A DNA stretch of 33,793 nucleotides from Nemertoderma westbladi (Eukaryota; Animalia; Xenacoelomorpha). A program made the position numbers and the translations under genes. Shown piece by piece: positions 10,213 through 22,209 of this stretch. The stretch lies in assembly GCA_032718475.1 (NCBI GenBank), contig JAUCBJ010006503.1, forward strand, positions 1-33,793, read 5' to 3'. How positions within the stretch are numbered: position 1 is the first letter of the stretch; every line of letters begins with the position of its first letter. Below the pieces are notes generated by a model. It did not search any database. It had not been told where the DNA came from and worked only from the letters and a program-made list of their open reading frames with translations.

Positions 10213-10355
10213 TACGTGGCAACTTTTCGGGCAACTTGGTCAGCAACTAGCAACTTAATTTTGAGCAACTTAAGTTGTTCTTAGGTTAATAATCGTGACA
10301 ACTTGATCGGCAACCTCAGTTGCTCACCAACTTGCTCAAAAAATTATCACATGTA
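10213..10355. mobile_element. Decayed palindromic MITE-like element with GCAACT sub-repeats
   Basis: Left arm TACGTGGCAACTTTTCGGGCAACTTGGTCAGCAACT imperfectly complements right arm AGTTGCTCACCAACTTGCTCAAAAAATTATCACATGTA. Confidence 0.5.
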
Positions 10356-11621
10356 AGTCAATCTACCTTTCTTGTGCTATAAGACTATTCTTAAGCAATG
10401 TAGAATAGAAAAAAATATTTAGAAATTTACTGAGTGCTCAAAAGAAATACGTAAAATTTTAGTCAGATTATTAGAAGTTGATAATAATTGTTATAAAGTT
10501 TTATTAGTTAAATTATATACGATTTGGATATTTTGTCACGTGACATGCGGTATTTTAGAAGTGCAAAATTTATCGCGAGTATGTAATTGATGGGTTATCA
10601 ATCGTTATTTAGGCATGATAATTTGGAAAACATCGCACAAACAACAGAAAAGTAATTTTAAATTTAAATTTACTGTTTTAATTTAAGTTTCTGCTAAGAA
10701 AAATAGCGTTGAAATAAATACAGTAGGCCTACATTCTTTATTGATTAATTGGGCTAATCAGCGTCTAAACTGTAGATAGTAGACCACAAAGTTAGCGAAA
10801 TACGGATAGGGGCCTAGTATTTAAAAGTTGTTTATTGGTCGGAAATATAACAAATTTGCGCAAAGTTGATATTTTCTATACCCGATGGCATATTTTTGTG
10901 TTATTGTATGTATAAACTGAATTTCCTGTATTTACGATACGTTCTGTATGTTGGAAATGTTTAAGTATCGCGTCTCTTTTGGGTTTTTTTTAATTAACTA
11001 TTGTTTGTGGCGCTTTTTTTTTTTATTGTCAAGAATAATTATATCTTCCAGTCTACGAATCGGTAAATTTCAATGAATCGGTAAATTCGAATTCTGCTAA
11101 CCACAAAATGAATTATGTCTCCTTAGAAACCCCATTGATAGGGGTGGGGTCACATAGCAGCGGATTTAGCACTGCCGTTTTTGGGTCGTTAGTTTTATCT
11201 TTCAATCCTGGTTGTTACTGTTTTTGTACGTAAGAATTTATCTACAAATATAAAAACAAATAGATAACTTTTACACTGTGTAGTTCATTTCTTTTCTATA
11301 TTATAAAATAATTGGAATTGAGCTGTTCTTATGTTAAAAGCTGTTTTAATTTTCAAGAGCAAAATTAATGTAGAAATATTGCGGTTGATTCTACACAGTA
11401 GAAACCGCAAATATAATGTTAAATAAATAAATATATCCAATGTTTAAGATAATATATTTTATGTGGAATTCGTAAAGTGAGAATATATTCCACGTCGGTA
11501 AAATTCAGTTGCTATGGATACACATTGGAACTTTCAGATTCAGAATTCGAATTCCTTAACATTCGTAGTGCTAATAACATCATTCTAACAGTAACATACT
11601 ATAGTTTCCAAGTGACCACGT

Positions 11622-11719
11622 TAGTGTTTAAACGGGACTTTTCGGGATTTCCGGGATCGGGACCGGGATTATCACTCTCGGGTCCCGGTTTTTCGGGATC
11701 GAGATCCCGTTAAAACATA
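11622..11719. mobile_element. hAT-type MITE, 98-bp internally deleted copy
   Basis: Ends TAGTGTTTAAACGGGA...TCCCGTTAAAACATA; 8-bp flanks GACCACGT/GACCACAT; same family as 17924-18350. Confidence 0.8.
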
Positions 11720-13031
11720 GACCACATGTTACTGTACCGGTAGTGAATATGGTTACCGGTGCCAATTATGTAGGGTATGTATATATATATATATACACCT
11801 GTTTGTTGTACTGTGTATATGTTTATTACCGGTACTGTGTATATGTAATATGTATATAAAATATATACCGTCAATGATGAACTGATTTATATATATATTA
11901 CTTTGCTTAAAATAAAATTAGCGACTGTTATTCAGAGGTCAATGTTCATTATACGTACTAAGCCATGTGCCGAAGAAAGATGAATCATGAATGGTACAGT
12001 GAACGCCACGCACACAACGGCGAACGGCCACATTAACTTTATTCTGATATAATTAAATTTATTTTCCTTTTTTCTATCAGCTGTTTCAACAATATCTTTA
12101 CTGGGGCTTATTCTTCAGGGGGCAAAATATGTACGCATATTTCCAATTTGGGGTGTCGTTTCGTTTCAGTCTAGGGAAGTATTTCTTATTACATTAGAAG
12201 GAAAAACAAGTAGGGTAAAGTGCTATTCTTAATTAAGTAGCAACATTAACGGTAGTGCATATCCAAGAAGTAATTATAAGGTGAGGTAGAGACTAGGGTT
12301 TTCCTTTGACTTTACATAATTCTGATAGCATAAGATAGAGTGCTACAGCATTATCAGGGAATGCTAAAAAAGTGGCTATGGTTTCATAATATCACCAGAA
12401 AAAGGAAAGGAAATTGAATTATTTCCGAAAAAGTAAGGGGCTGCATATCAGCAGCTAATGTTAGTGGGTCAGGTCTTTGAATGAATTATTTGAAGTCTTG
12501 TATTGATGCGGTGTTTACTGTTTATGTGCCACTTCAGTACATTTTGTTGCATAGCAGAGTAAGTTGTCGTTGACGATAGGTAACTACAGTGTGTAACTAA
12601 TTGGGCGTCATGACAAAACTAATTTTACATCAGGCATTCAGCCATTATAGATGGCATACACTACTGTAGTAAACTAGTATTGAGTTGTATTATACAGCAA
12701 GAAACAGAACGAGGTGGGCACATGTGTTACATATATGCAACTCTTCTAGTGAAAGGCCTTATATGCATCGTAATCTATGCACAGATTGCGAAATAATTCT
12801 TATATATTAGACGGCAAGGAGTAACACGTGCGATTAATTTATGGCGTCATATTATTGTATAGTTTGAAATGCAACACAAACAAACAGTAGAGCTATGCGT
12901 ATGCAACCCCCAACCCAACAATTTCCGCACAAGTTATTGATATGAAGAGTGAATATAGATGATTTGATTGGATTTGTCTTAACTGTAGTAATAAGTAAGT
13001 CGCTTCAATAGGGTTGGTGCACGAAAAAATT

Positions 13032-13581
13032 GGACGGTGTTATGCAAAAGGGTGTTAAGCCACAAAAGTTCAATTTGAGATAATCGATGTCAAAGTTTTT
13101 AACATCCAATGTGATCGTTGTTGTACTCTATTATCCAGATACTGTTGTGTTTTTATAAGAAAACATTAATGGAAATTAAAGTATTTTTCAAGTTAGTGTG
13201 CTAGAATATAGCATTTTCTCCGAAATATTGATCAAAATGTGGCTTAACGCTTTTGGAAAACTTCATATTTGTCAAAACGTTAAATTGTCAAAAGGTGTCA
13301 CACTGTAGGCCTACTTGCAAAAAGATGTCAAAAGATGACAAGCCACAAAATTATTATGTGGATTAAATCTTTTTATTATATTATTTGTGGTTTAACACTC
13401 TTTGACTAATCACAAATCAGGACTGTGGCTTAACTTTCTTGTATCTTTAAGGCATTTTTCTTCGTATTATTGGGCTATAGGATCTCATAAATTAGGTAGA
13501 TTACACTTTCCTCTATCGAATGATACCAAAAACTCAATTTCGACAAAATGCGGGATAACACCCTTTTGCATAACACCGTCC
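13032..13581. mobile_element. 550-bp non-autonomous DNA transposon with perfect 26-bp TIRs (Sola-like, tentative)
   Basis: TIR GGACGGTGTTATGCAAAAGGGTGTTA at both ends, flanked by AATT on each side; a 4-bp AWWT TSD is typical of Sola1. Confidence 0.85.
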
Positions 13582-14572
13582 AATTGTTGGGCTAGAAACA
13601 AATGAATAAGGGGTAAGTAAGTGCCCTAAATCGAGTGACGGGGTGTGTTTTTTGTAAAAACACGAGATGGCGGTTTTAAGTAAGAGCGGGAAGCCAATTA
13701 TCCAAATCGACTGTGATTGGCTGCTACATATTTGACGTCATTACGCAGTGCTCTGATAATTTGTTATCTTGGTTTCTATGGAGAGAGATTTTCGATCGAT
13801 TCAAATACATATTAAATCTCAATCATTAAACACGTGGCTTATATTAATTGAAAGCGGAAAGTCTTGCGCGTCTTTTGACACTATAATTATTTAAATTCAT
13901 AAAGGGGAAGATTGATAAAATGCTAGTTACAATTCCAAACACGGCCGATTGCTGACCGGTATGTAAGCACTCAGCCTATATTAGCAGTATTTGAGTATTG
14001 CAGATATACTTCATTAAGTAGGGTCAGCGAGCGAGGTCAATAATAGGCTTATCAGAGGTCTCCAGGGAAAAATCTATTTCCTAATTATTTTTATCTAATA
14101 TTTAATTCAACTGTACATGTGACTTATATTAGTTAGATGTCGTATCCCATTTTTCTACTTTGTAGAGGTGTAGTTAATTCAATATATTATTAATTTATCA
14201 GTATTATTTGTATCGATTCCTTGATAAACCAATTATCACAATAGTCAAATTAACGTGTAAATGACACTGTCAGAATATAAATAAAAACTATCTTTAAAAG
14301 CGTTAATTATATTGTACGTGAATGGCCCAAAAGGGATATAAAACTATATATTTTCATGAAGTACTTAATTATCATTATATTCCAAGAAATTGACTTATTG
14401 CGGATGCCTTTGTCACTGTTAACAAACATCTGTTACATCACTGTTACAATCATATCGCCGAGTTGTTTTAGAGAGAACTCCGCACAAACACACTCTTCTA
14501 CATCTACATGTCCTGATGACTCTATTTAAATTAACTTATTAGGCTAGACAGGTCGATACTCCAATAACCACA

Positions 14573-14907
14573 TGTGGGGCGAGCCACGAAGTGAGCGAAG
14601 CCTTAGCATATGGGTGCCATTGGCGAGTTGTCTGTCGTCGTCGTCTGTCGTCGTCGTAAATTTTGATCGCTAATAACTCGGTTAATCCTTGATGAAATTA
14701 AACGAAACTTGGTATGTACGTAGTCCGTCACAAGTTTAGAAAGAATCTTAAGTTTGGTCAAAAACGATCTAACGCAACGATGCACAAGAGGAGGACGAGT
14801 ATTGTGTTGAAGACTTCTGACTAACGGCAGTCAACTCGTTAATGGTGCCCATATGCTAAAGACTTTGCTCACTTCGTGCTGCGCGAAGGCCCCACGAATG
14901 TGTATAT
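14573..14907 (+). mobile_element. HINE/DINE-1-like (non-autonomous Helentron-type) element, copy 1
   Basis: Sub-terminal inverted repeat GTGGGGC/GCCCCAC, a GTC/GTCT microsatellite, a core with AATAACTCG...GAAACTTGGTA, and a second copy inverted at 25332-25914. Confidence 0.65.
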
Positions 14908-15335
14908 ACTGTAATGGGACGGACAGATCAGTAGGTCTATGGTCCCCATATCTGGAACTGGAACAAACAGGACCGAAAACTTGGCGAACTGGACCGCCGA
15001 ATGAAAGATAGTTTAAAAACAACAACTATAATACAGTTAAATTTTGTTGTATTTAATTTGTCGCCAAATTAAGATCACGTTCTGCTTTTATCAGTAGGCC
15101 ACTGCGACTCCACTGGTAGCAGGGTGTATTAGATGACATTATTTTAGGGAGTTGTTGTGTACAATGATTTGTGGCCTATGATATTACTACACCTCAGCAC
15201 CTACAGTACAGCCATGTTAACGTAACACGGTGTGTATTAGATAACGATATGACTGCGTTTGAACAAAACTATCAATGGAGGCCCCCCGGGCAGGCATGTA
15301 CCGGTACCTTTATTAAGTTACATTCAGTATGTTAA

Positions 15336-16894
15336 CCCTATTAGAACTGTGGTATTTAAACCATATGCAGCACTGGGAGGGGGGGATGGGGGATTCGGCC
15401 CCCACACTATATTTTTGTAATCGTCGAATTCAAACGAAATTTGGACTGTACGTGAAAAAATTATCGATGAACACTTCCTAACCTTAAAAAATGAAAATTT
15501 CATAAGCTGGGTATAATAATTTTCATGAAATATAGAAGTAGTCGCAGGACTAAATTTAAAATTTTTGTTATTTTAAAAATTAATAGTGTGGCTTTGTTGC
15601 CTAGCTCTAGTATGCTTTTCAAGACGGTGAATCGAATGCGATTATATTCCATTCCCAGAAATTTAGTTTTCGTGCTTCCACTGTAAAAAGTAGGCGTGGC
15701 ACTTCAAATTTTGACAAATATTAAATTCGGAAAATACAACCATGTTGTGATTTTAGTGCATTTTATCAATCGGTTTTCTGGGTTGCTAATTCGACTGACA
15801 TTACTCTAAAAACATGTCTACCTAGCGGCAGTTCATTTTTGGTGCAACAAAACTAGGGCGTGGCACCTCAAATATTAACAGTAGAAATATTCAAGTTTCT
15901 GAAAATACGTCCAAATATTTTATATATAGATATAGGTTTTCTGGGTCGCTGAATCGAATGAGATTACTCTGAAACCCAGAATACATAGAGGTACCTCATT
16001 TTTAGAGCACTAAAATTAGGGCGTGGCACCACAAATTTCGAAAATTAAGAAAATATGCCCAAGTTTTTATTATAAAATGACAAACAATTAGTTCATTAGG
16101 TTTCTATATTAGGCCTACTTTCAATCGATTCATCTTACCGGAAAACATATAAAAATACATTGAAAGGTTAAAAACCGTGAAAAAACAACTACAAAATACA
16201 AATAAAATCTTCGGTATTTTTTCCAAATCTCATAAATTTCACAATTTCAAGTGTGCCACCATGACCTACTATAACAGGTATACTGTTATACTGTTACTGT
16301 TACAGTAATATTACATAATATTACATATACTGTTATAGTAGGTCATGGTGCCACGCCCAAATTTTTGTGCACAAAAAATGAAGTACCAAAGCCATGTGTT
16401 CTGGTTTCTAGAGTATTCTCATTCGAATCAGCGACCCAGAAAACCTATAAAAATGCGTTGAAATCAAAACTTAGGCGTTTTTTCAGAATCTTGAATATTT
16501 CAAAACTTGAAGTGCCAGGCATGAATTTTAGTGCACAAAAAATGACGCACCAACTACGCTTATATACTTGTATTGGGCAGTGGAGTACTCCATACCAATC
16601 ACAATAAATAATAAACCCCAAAACATCACTAAGGAGAAACACATCAATGACCTTAAAAAAAATTTAATATTGGAAAAAAATTTATGCTGGGGACCAAATT
16701 TTGAGCTGCCACATCGTACAGTAAAGTAAAAATCCAACTGCGACGCTGCTTTTTGCAAAAGATGCGCCTTTAAATTTGGCTAATTCTAAAAAAAAGGGGA
16801 CATACATAATGTTGTTGTACAGTTTTACAGCAATTTTATACTAGGGGTGGGGGGGGGGGGGGGGGGGGATTAGATAGGGATAGATAGGATAGGG
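15336..16894. mobile_element. piggyBac-like non-autonomous element (~1.56 kb) with internal tandem and inverted sub-repeats
   Basis: TTAA|CCCTAT...ATAGGG|TTAA termini; ~165-bp sub-repeats marked by GGCGTGGCAC at ~15693, 15857, 16020, inverted at ~16348 and ~16512. The terminal match is short. Confidence 0.6.
16260..16347. mobile_element. 88-bp P-element-like MITE nested in the piggyBac-like element
   Basis: Perfect 18-bp TIR CATGACCTACTATAACAG and 7-bp TSD GTGCCAC (16253-16259 and 16348-16354). Confidence 0.85.
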
Positions 16895-17923
16895 TTAAAG
16901 ATTAGGTGGTCAACCCTAATTTTTGATACTTCAACCAGATAACCAGTTAAATACAGATAAAATGGTACAGGGGCTCCTTTTTAATTATAGGCGGGGTTAT
17001 ACTTTGGGAAGAAAGTAATCTTAAATTAGAGACATTAACTGCAAATATATTTCAAATGTATATAAAACCAAGTTAAATTCATTATTTTCTATCCATTTCG
17101 GCTCAGTTCGGTCCAGATTCGTACAGTACTATCTGAATGGAACGGACAGACACTGACAGAGAAACACATCCAATCCTCTCAGGACCTATAATAAATTTAT
17201 AAATAGTTACAGTATTTTATTTTAATGAAAATGTTATGAGAAGTGAGTACAAGTGACCCTTTACATCCAAATGTCCGCTGAACTACAATTTGATTGTGCG
17301 CTAACTAGGGGAGCTATTCGGGCGAAATGAGTAAAGAATTGCTGTTATTATTAAGGAACGAACGCAATTTTATTGAGAATTCCCCAAATGTTGGCCTTTT
17401 GATCTAGGAACACTTTATAAATAAAATTGCATCACTCTTCTGTAGTGCTTGTTGTACCTTCCGCGTCAAAGTAGTATCGAAAATTTGGTGACCAAATTTT
17501 ATAAATTTTAAGTACTAATTTGTACCAACTGTATACATCTGTATTTCGTAGCTGTATTTGGGTATTCTGTCAACACGAATGAAATGGAAAAACTTTCAAA
17601 ACTTAGAAATGTGGACAAGTGGCATTTTTGGTTCACAATATGGTCAAAATCTAAATTATGATTTGGTTTACATTTAATTAAATGGATTAAATAAAACTAA
17701 TTACCTAATAAAATAATTCATTATTTCAGCCATTAACCTGGGCACTTGAGGATAATATATAGGCCTACTGTTCTTGAAAGGCATAACGATAGTGACTCAC
17801 TTATTTAAAAAAAGATTTAAGACCGACAGGGCCACATACGAAAAGATCGTAACACCAGATTAATACACATTATGAAATGTGTAGCTGTAGGATAAAATAA
17901 GGGATAATAATTTGAGTACACAG

Positions 17924-18350
17924 TAGTGTCTAAACGGGATCACTCTTTTCTGGATTCCCGGGATCGGGACCGGGATTATCAATCTCGACTCGGGATCCCG
18001 TTTTTCGGGATCGGAATTGGAATTTTGGATTAAATTCCTCAAAGTTATTAGTATATGTGGCGGGTTTTGGGTAACACTCACTTTATCTTACACTTCTGCA
18101 ATATTAATATTTACTATTAGTTAATTAGTTAATAATATAATTATAAAGTTATATTAAAATTATTTTACAACTGTTTACTGGATGGTTTACTGACATAAAC
18201 ATTAATGATCAAGAAATTCCCGTTCTGCTGGAACTATTTATCAGATATTCAACAAATTTACTTACTTCGGGATCCTGGTGTAAAAAATTCGGGATCGGTA
18301 TTTTCGCCGGGATCCCGGTTTTTCGGGATCGGGATCCCGTTTAAATACTA
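17924..18350. mobile_element. hAT-type MITE, 427 bp
   Basis: TIRs TAGTGTCTAAACGGGATC / GATCCCGTTTAAATACTA; perfect 8-bp TSD GTACACAG; sub-terminal CGGGAT repeats. Confidence 0.9.
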
Positions 18351-18771
18351 GTACACAGATGGAAGTGATGCAATTAGTTCCGCTAATAGCTGTTCCATAA
18401 TATTCATAGATAGCAATACTCATAAAGATGATACTGGTGGGCTGAACTCATTGGTAAAATCTGTCTCACGAGATATTCTCACTTTCTCGGTCACTCGCTT
18501 TTGCTTCTTCTAGCTGGGAGTTCACCGGTTGATCCCGTTCGGCGGAGCCACTTACAATTAGGTAACTTAAGAAGGGGATGTACAGTATAGGGAGTGTTCA
18601 AACTTGGGAGTCCCTCATCTTACAGGTAACTGCCAAGAGACAGGAGCCTTTTGATTAATACATAACTTTATTTATATAAGGAGTTGTATAATATTTTAAT
18701 TTCCGACTACCTGTACAGTATAAATAAAATATATAAAGCTAATAACTGTTGTATATAACCGCACTACCAAT

Positions 18772-20577
18772 TCAATTAAAACCTTTCCATAAGAAAGAGT
18801 TTACTAAACCATATCGCTTTGCCTCGCCTTTCCCAATAGTTCGACAGCTCTCAACCACAGGTCTATCTCGATCAGACAGCCGGTTAGCTATTCTACTTAC
18901 CTCTTCATAGGTAACCCGTCTAGCCGGAGCATCTCTCTGACGCCTCTGTCGAACCATCGGTTTCGCTCTACACAGCCGATTAACAACCTGTTTAATCTCG
19001 TAGTTTGTGAGGAACTGGTGCCCGTAATGACCCCGTATACTTCCGTTAGTGTAGTGATAATTCCGTGTGTCTGTGTAGCAGGTTGCGGGACGGGACAGAC
19101 GGTTAACTATACCTTCCACCTCAGCGGGAGACAGACTCTGCGGTCCGACGGTGTGCGGACGCTGCTCCCTGCTGCGATCCGTCGGACTTCCAGAATCTTC
19201 GCTACGTAAACCCGTCGGCGAGTTCAATCTCTCGACTATGTTATCGACACTTTCCTCTTGCCTTCTCCGATTCAATCTCAGCAGCGGTCGATCGTTGTGT
19301 TTACCTGTGGCTAAGCGACTGGCGGTATGGTCCCTGGTGCAACCGTATTTTGCGGATTGTAACCTTCTGTCCATCCGACCTACCTCGTATTCCGTCATCG
19401 GGTTTACCGGTGGGTCTGGTGGGTTCTCCCAGTGCTGCGTATGACAAGTCTTTGGTCGCATCGGTGGAGGGCCGTACCTGTAGGTTATCTTCATATCAAT
19501 TAATTTATCTTTCGGTTTTCTTTTCACTTTTTCTTTCCCTTGAACATTCTGTCCTTTGTCTTTATCTTCTTCTGAATGTCTATCTACAATAACCTCCTCT
19601 CCATCTGCCTTACTTTCTTCATCTCCTCCCACTATATCTTCTCTGCCCTCTTCATCCTCCTCTACTATAGCATCGCTCTCAACTACTCCCGATGACTTCG
19701 TTGACCCTGGACGAGTGTCAGTTGTTTGACTCCGTTGAGATTTCCGAGATGAAGAGATTCGACTCTCCCTTTTCTCTTGAGTTTCTCGAGTTGAATCCGT
19801 CTTTGATGAAGCCGATTCACGTGGAATTATTATCGAATCTTGCTGAGACTTCGCAGACGAAGTTCTTTTATCTTCTGTGGGATTAATAATCTCCTCGATA
19901 TCAGTCGATGCCAAACTACTGTGGTCCCCATCGTCACTATCTGCAGAATTATCGTCGAACCTCGATTTATCAACCGAAGAAGCATTTTTATTCGCAGAAC
20001 TTGATGATTGTCGGGATTTAGCTGATGTCGGTTTAGAGGTTAGGGACGAGTGGGCCGATTGCGACCTTGAAGTCAATGTTTGAGACGATCTCTGCCGTGG
20101 CTGCCGGGATATCGCTGAGGACGGGTGTGAGTCTTTCTGTCGGGACTGCGCTGAACTTTGTCGAGTTTGTCTCGACACACTCGAAGGGGTTTGTCGTTCT
20201 GGAACTGTGGCACTTTGACGAGATTGCGACGAATTCGCTGAGATCTTCCGGCCCTGATCCGAGGTGTTGCTCGCCTGTTTGGACTGCGCCGATATTTTAC
20301 GTGAACGAATCGGTTGTTGTTCGTGTTTACTTTCAGTTTCGGTTTCTTCATTAACATCTGCATCCGGCTTTGTCTTAGATTCATCTTCAATAACGTTCTC
20401 AGAATGTATTTCTTTATCAACATGTTCTGTAACCGTCTCACCTTCCACTGTTTCCCCAATATTTGTCTCTCTATTTCCTTCGCCGGAATTAATTACTGTC
20501 TCAACGTCTTCATCTGGTGGAACATCTTTTTCTAATATTTCTTTGAAAAGCGAACCTCGTTTTTGAGTTGTTGTCAT
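18772..20577 (-). CDS. Uncharacterised 601-aa protein: acidic and Ser/Gln/Arg-rich disordered N-terminal two-thirds, C-terminal region with four I/V-x-x-R-L repeats
   Basis: Uninterrupted, non-tandem 1.8-kb ORF in AT-rich flanks, with no transposon motifs; possible 5'UTR acceptor TTTATTATACAG ~35 nt upstream of the ATG. Confidence 0.8.
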   Translation of the reverse strand: MTTTQKRGSLFKEILEKDVPPDEDVETVINSGEGNRETNIGETVEGETVTEHVDKEIHSENVIEDESKTKPDADVNEETETESKHEQQPIRSRKISAQSKQASNTSDQGRKISANSSQSRQSATVPERQTPSSVSRQTRQSSAQSRQKDSHPSSAISRQPRQRSSQTLTSRSQSAHSSLTSKPTSAKSRQSSSSANKNASSVDKSRFDDNSADSDDGDHSSLASTDIEEIINPTEDKRTSSAKSQQDSIIIPRESASSKTDSTRETQEKRESRISSSRKSQRSQTTDTRPGSTKSSGVVESDAIVEEDEEGREDIVGGDEESKADGEEVIVDRHSEEDKDKGQNVQGKEKVKRKPKDKLIDMKITYRYGPPPMRPKTCHTQHWENPPDPPVNPMTEYEVGRMDRRLQSAKYGCTRDHTASRLATGKHNDRPLLRLNRRRQEESVDNIVERLNSPTGLRSEDSGSPTDRSREQRPHTVGPQSLSPAEVEGIVNRLSRPATCYTDTRNYHYTNGSIRGHYGHQFLTNYEIKQVVNRLCRAKPMVRQRRQRDAPARRVTYEEVSRIANRLSDRDRPVVESCRTIGKGEAKRYGLVNSFLWKGFN

Positions 20578-21153
20578 AGTAAATTACTAGTTAACAAAAG
20601 TTTAACTAACTGTATAATAAATTTATCGCAGATCGCTTTAAAATTCAAATAATTTGTAGTTACACAGTTTGACATTTACTTTACTATTTTAAAAAATATA
20701 ACACAGTATAATAACTGACAAATTATTGTAAAATGCACTTCCATTAAATCAAATACTGGCCAACCTAGGCCTTCCCTGCATATTTAGTTGGGGAGTAAAT
20801 AATATATTTTAGAAGTTGTTTAAGGTAAATTAATTAAATAAATTAATAGTGACACTGAAGTGAATAGTGAAACAAATTCTTTAATAATTAAATTGAAAAA
20901 AAGATAGTAAAATAATGTAGGCCCTATTGGCTGATTCATATTGAATTAATATTTTTAAACTGGGGTAGGAGTATAGAATAGAGCATGTTTAAAATTTAGA
21001 ATTTAAATTTAAAATTACAGGGTTACACCCTGTAATTATTGTAAATTGGTAAACATTATTAAATTAGTGATTTATAGAAATTCATTTTCGAGTAAGAAAA
21101 TCTAGAGTCATATTAACTAACTAATAACATCAAATGTTGTATAACCCTATGCC

Positions 21154-21178
21154 GTAACCTTAGCAACCAATAAACACA
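21154..21178. promoter_or_regulatory. RFX X-box-like motif with adjacent Forkhead-like motif upstream of the 601-aa gene
   Basis: GTAACCTTAGCAAC (reverse complement GTTGCTAAGGTTAC) followed by CAATAAACA, ~580 bp upstream of the ATG. Confidence 0.35.
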
Positions 21179-21588
21179 TGAATGTATAATAATGTAACGA
21201 AGTGCATTAGTTTGATGACATTGTTGGCTACGACAAGATGGACTATTATTATATGTCACATGGACTTATGGTTAGAGATTAAAATATATTTAAACTGGCG
21301 CGACGTACTAGTTAATACAAAGTGATTGTTAAACAATGATAATGTTATTATTATAATCGCTTTAATGATGAATCAGCCAATGACGATTGATGAGTTATAT
21401 TGTTAAGGTTACCGGTTAACAGCTAAATATATTTCACGGTTCTTGGTAGTGCGCAGGTATTTTATTTGATAGGCCTATAAATTACTGAATTAGCTGTTCG
21501 TTTTTGGTGGTTTTCATAGAGGACTTCTAGACTATTATTGTTAACAGTGCTGCTTGCTACAGTGTAAAGGAATACAGATTACTCATAA

Positions 21589-21619
<31 letters not shown>

Positions 21620-21621
<2 letters not shown>

Positions 21622-21745
21622 AAGCAGGACAATTCGGTCCCGGATAATTCGGTGCCGGACAATTCGGTCCCATTAATTTTGTATTTTGGCACCGAATTGT
21701 CCGGGACCGAATTGTCCGGATACTGACTACGACAATTCGGTCCCA
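21620..21745. mobile_element. Small foldback-type element built from 15-bp repeats
   Basis: Three GGACAATTCGGTCCC-type units, a short AT spacer, two inverted units (GGGACCGAATTGTCC type) and one further forward unit; preceded by C29. Confidence 0.7.
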
Positions 21746-21934
21746 AAACATGCATATTGACGAATGTATATGTGGGGCTGCGCATTAATAATGGAGTGAC
21801 ATGCGGTCAAGTATAACGTATGTGTATTCAGATATTATAAGAAGAGCAAACCAAGCATTAGGCCTAGATGAAAAGGGCAGTACAGAATTCAGAAGGCAGT
21901 ATAAGTACTGGAATACTATACATACTTACTTCCT

Positions 21935-22135
21935 GGTTTCCATAGGTTGCCAAGCAACGAAAGGCGTTGTTAAGCAACGATATAAACAACTGAGTTTGTG
22001 GTATGAACTAAGTACGCCTAAAATAAACTGTCACCGCACAGCGGTGAAAAAAAAAACGGTTTTCCTAGGCTGCCAAGCAACGGAAAGCGTTGCTAAGCGA
22101 CGATATAAACAGATGAGTTTGTGGCATGAACTAAA
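21935..22135. repeat. Direct duplication (~78 bp, 123-bp spacing), each copy with two X-box-like palindromes and ATAAACA
   Basis: GTTGCCAAGCAAC 21946, GTTGTTAAGCAAC 21966, GCTGCCAAGCAAC 22069, GTTGCTAAGCGAC 22089; each pair is followed by GATATAAACA. Confidence 0.75.
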
Positions 22136-22209
22136 TAAATGGTTACATAATTCGTATTATTGGGCCATGTAAAATGGAGTTGCGTTTAGGTATAAATTGT
22201 CTACATGTA

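Noticed and set aside
21013-21038. Hairpin AATTACAGGG-TTACA-CCCTGTAATT containing the miR-10 seed ACCCTGTA near a Hox gene
   Set aside because: The stem is only 10 bp and the rest does not match mature miR-10; too short for a pre-miRNA.
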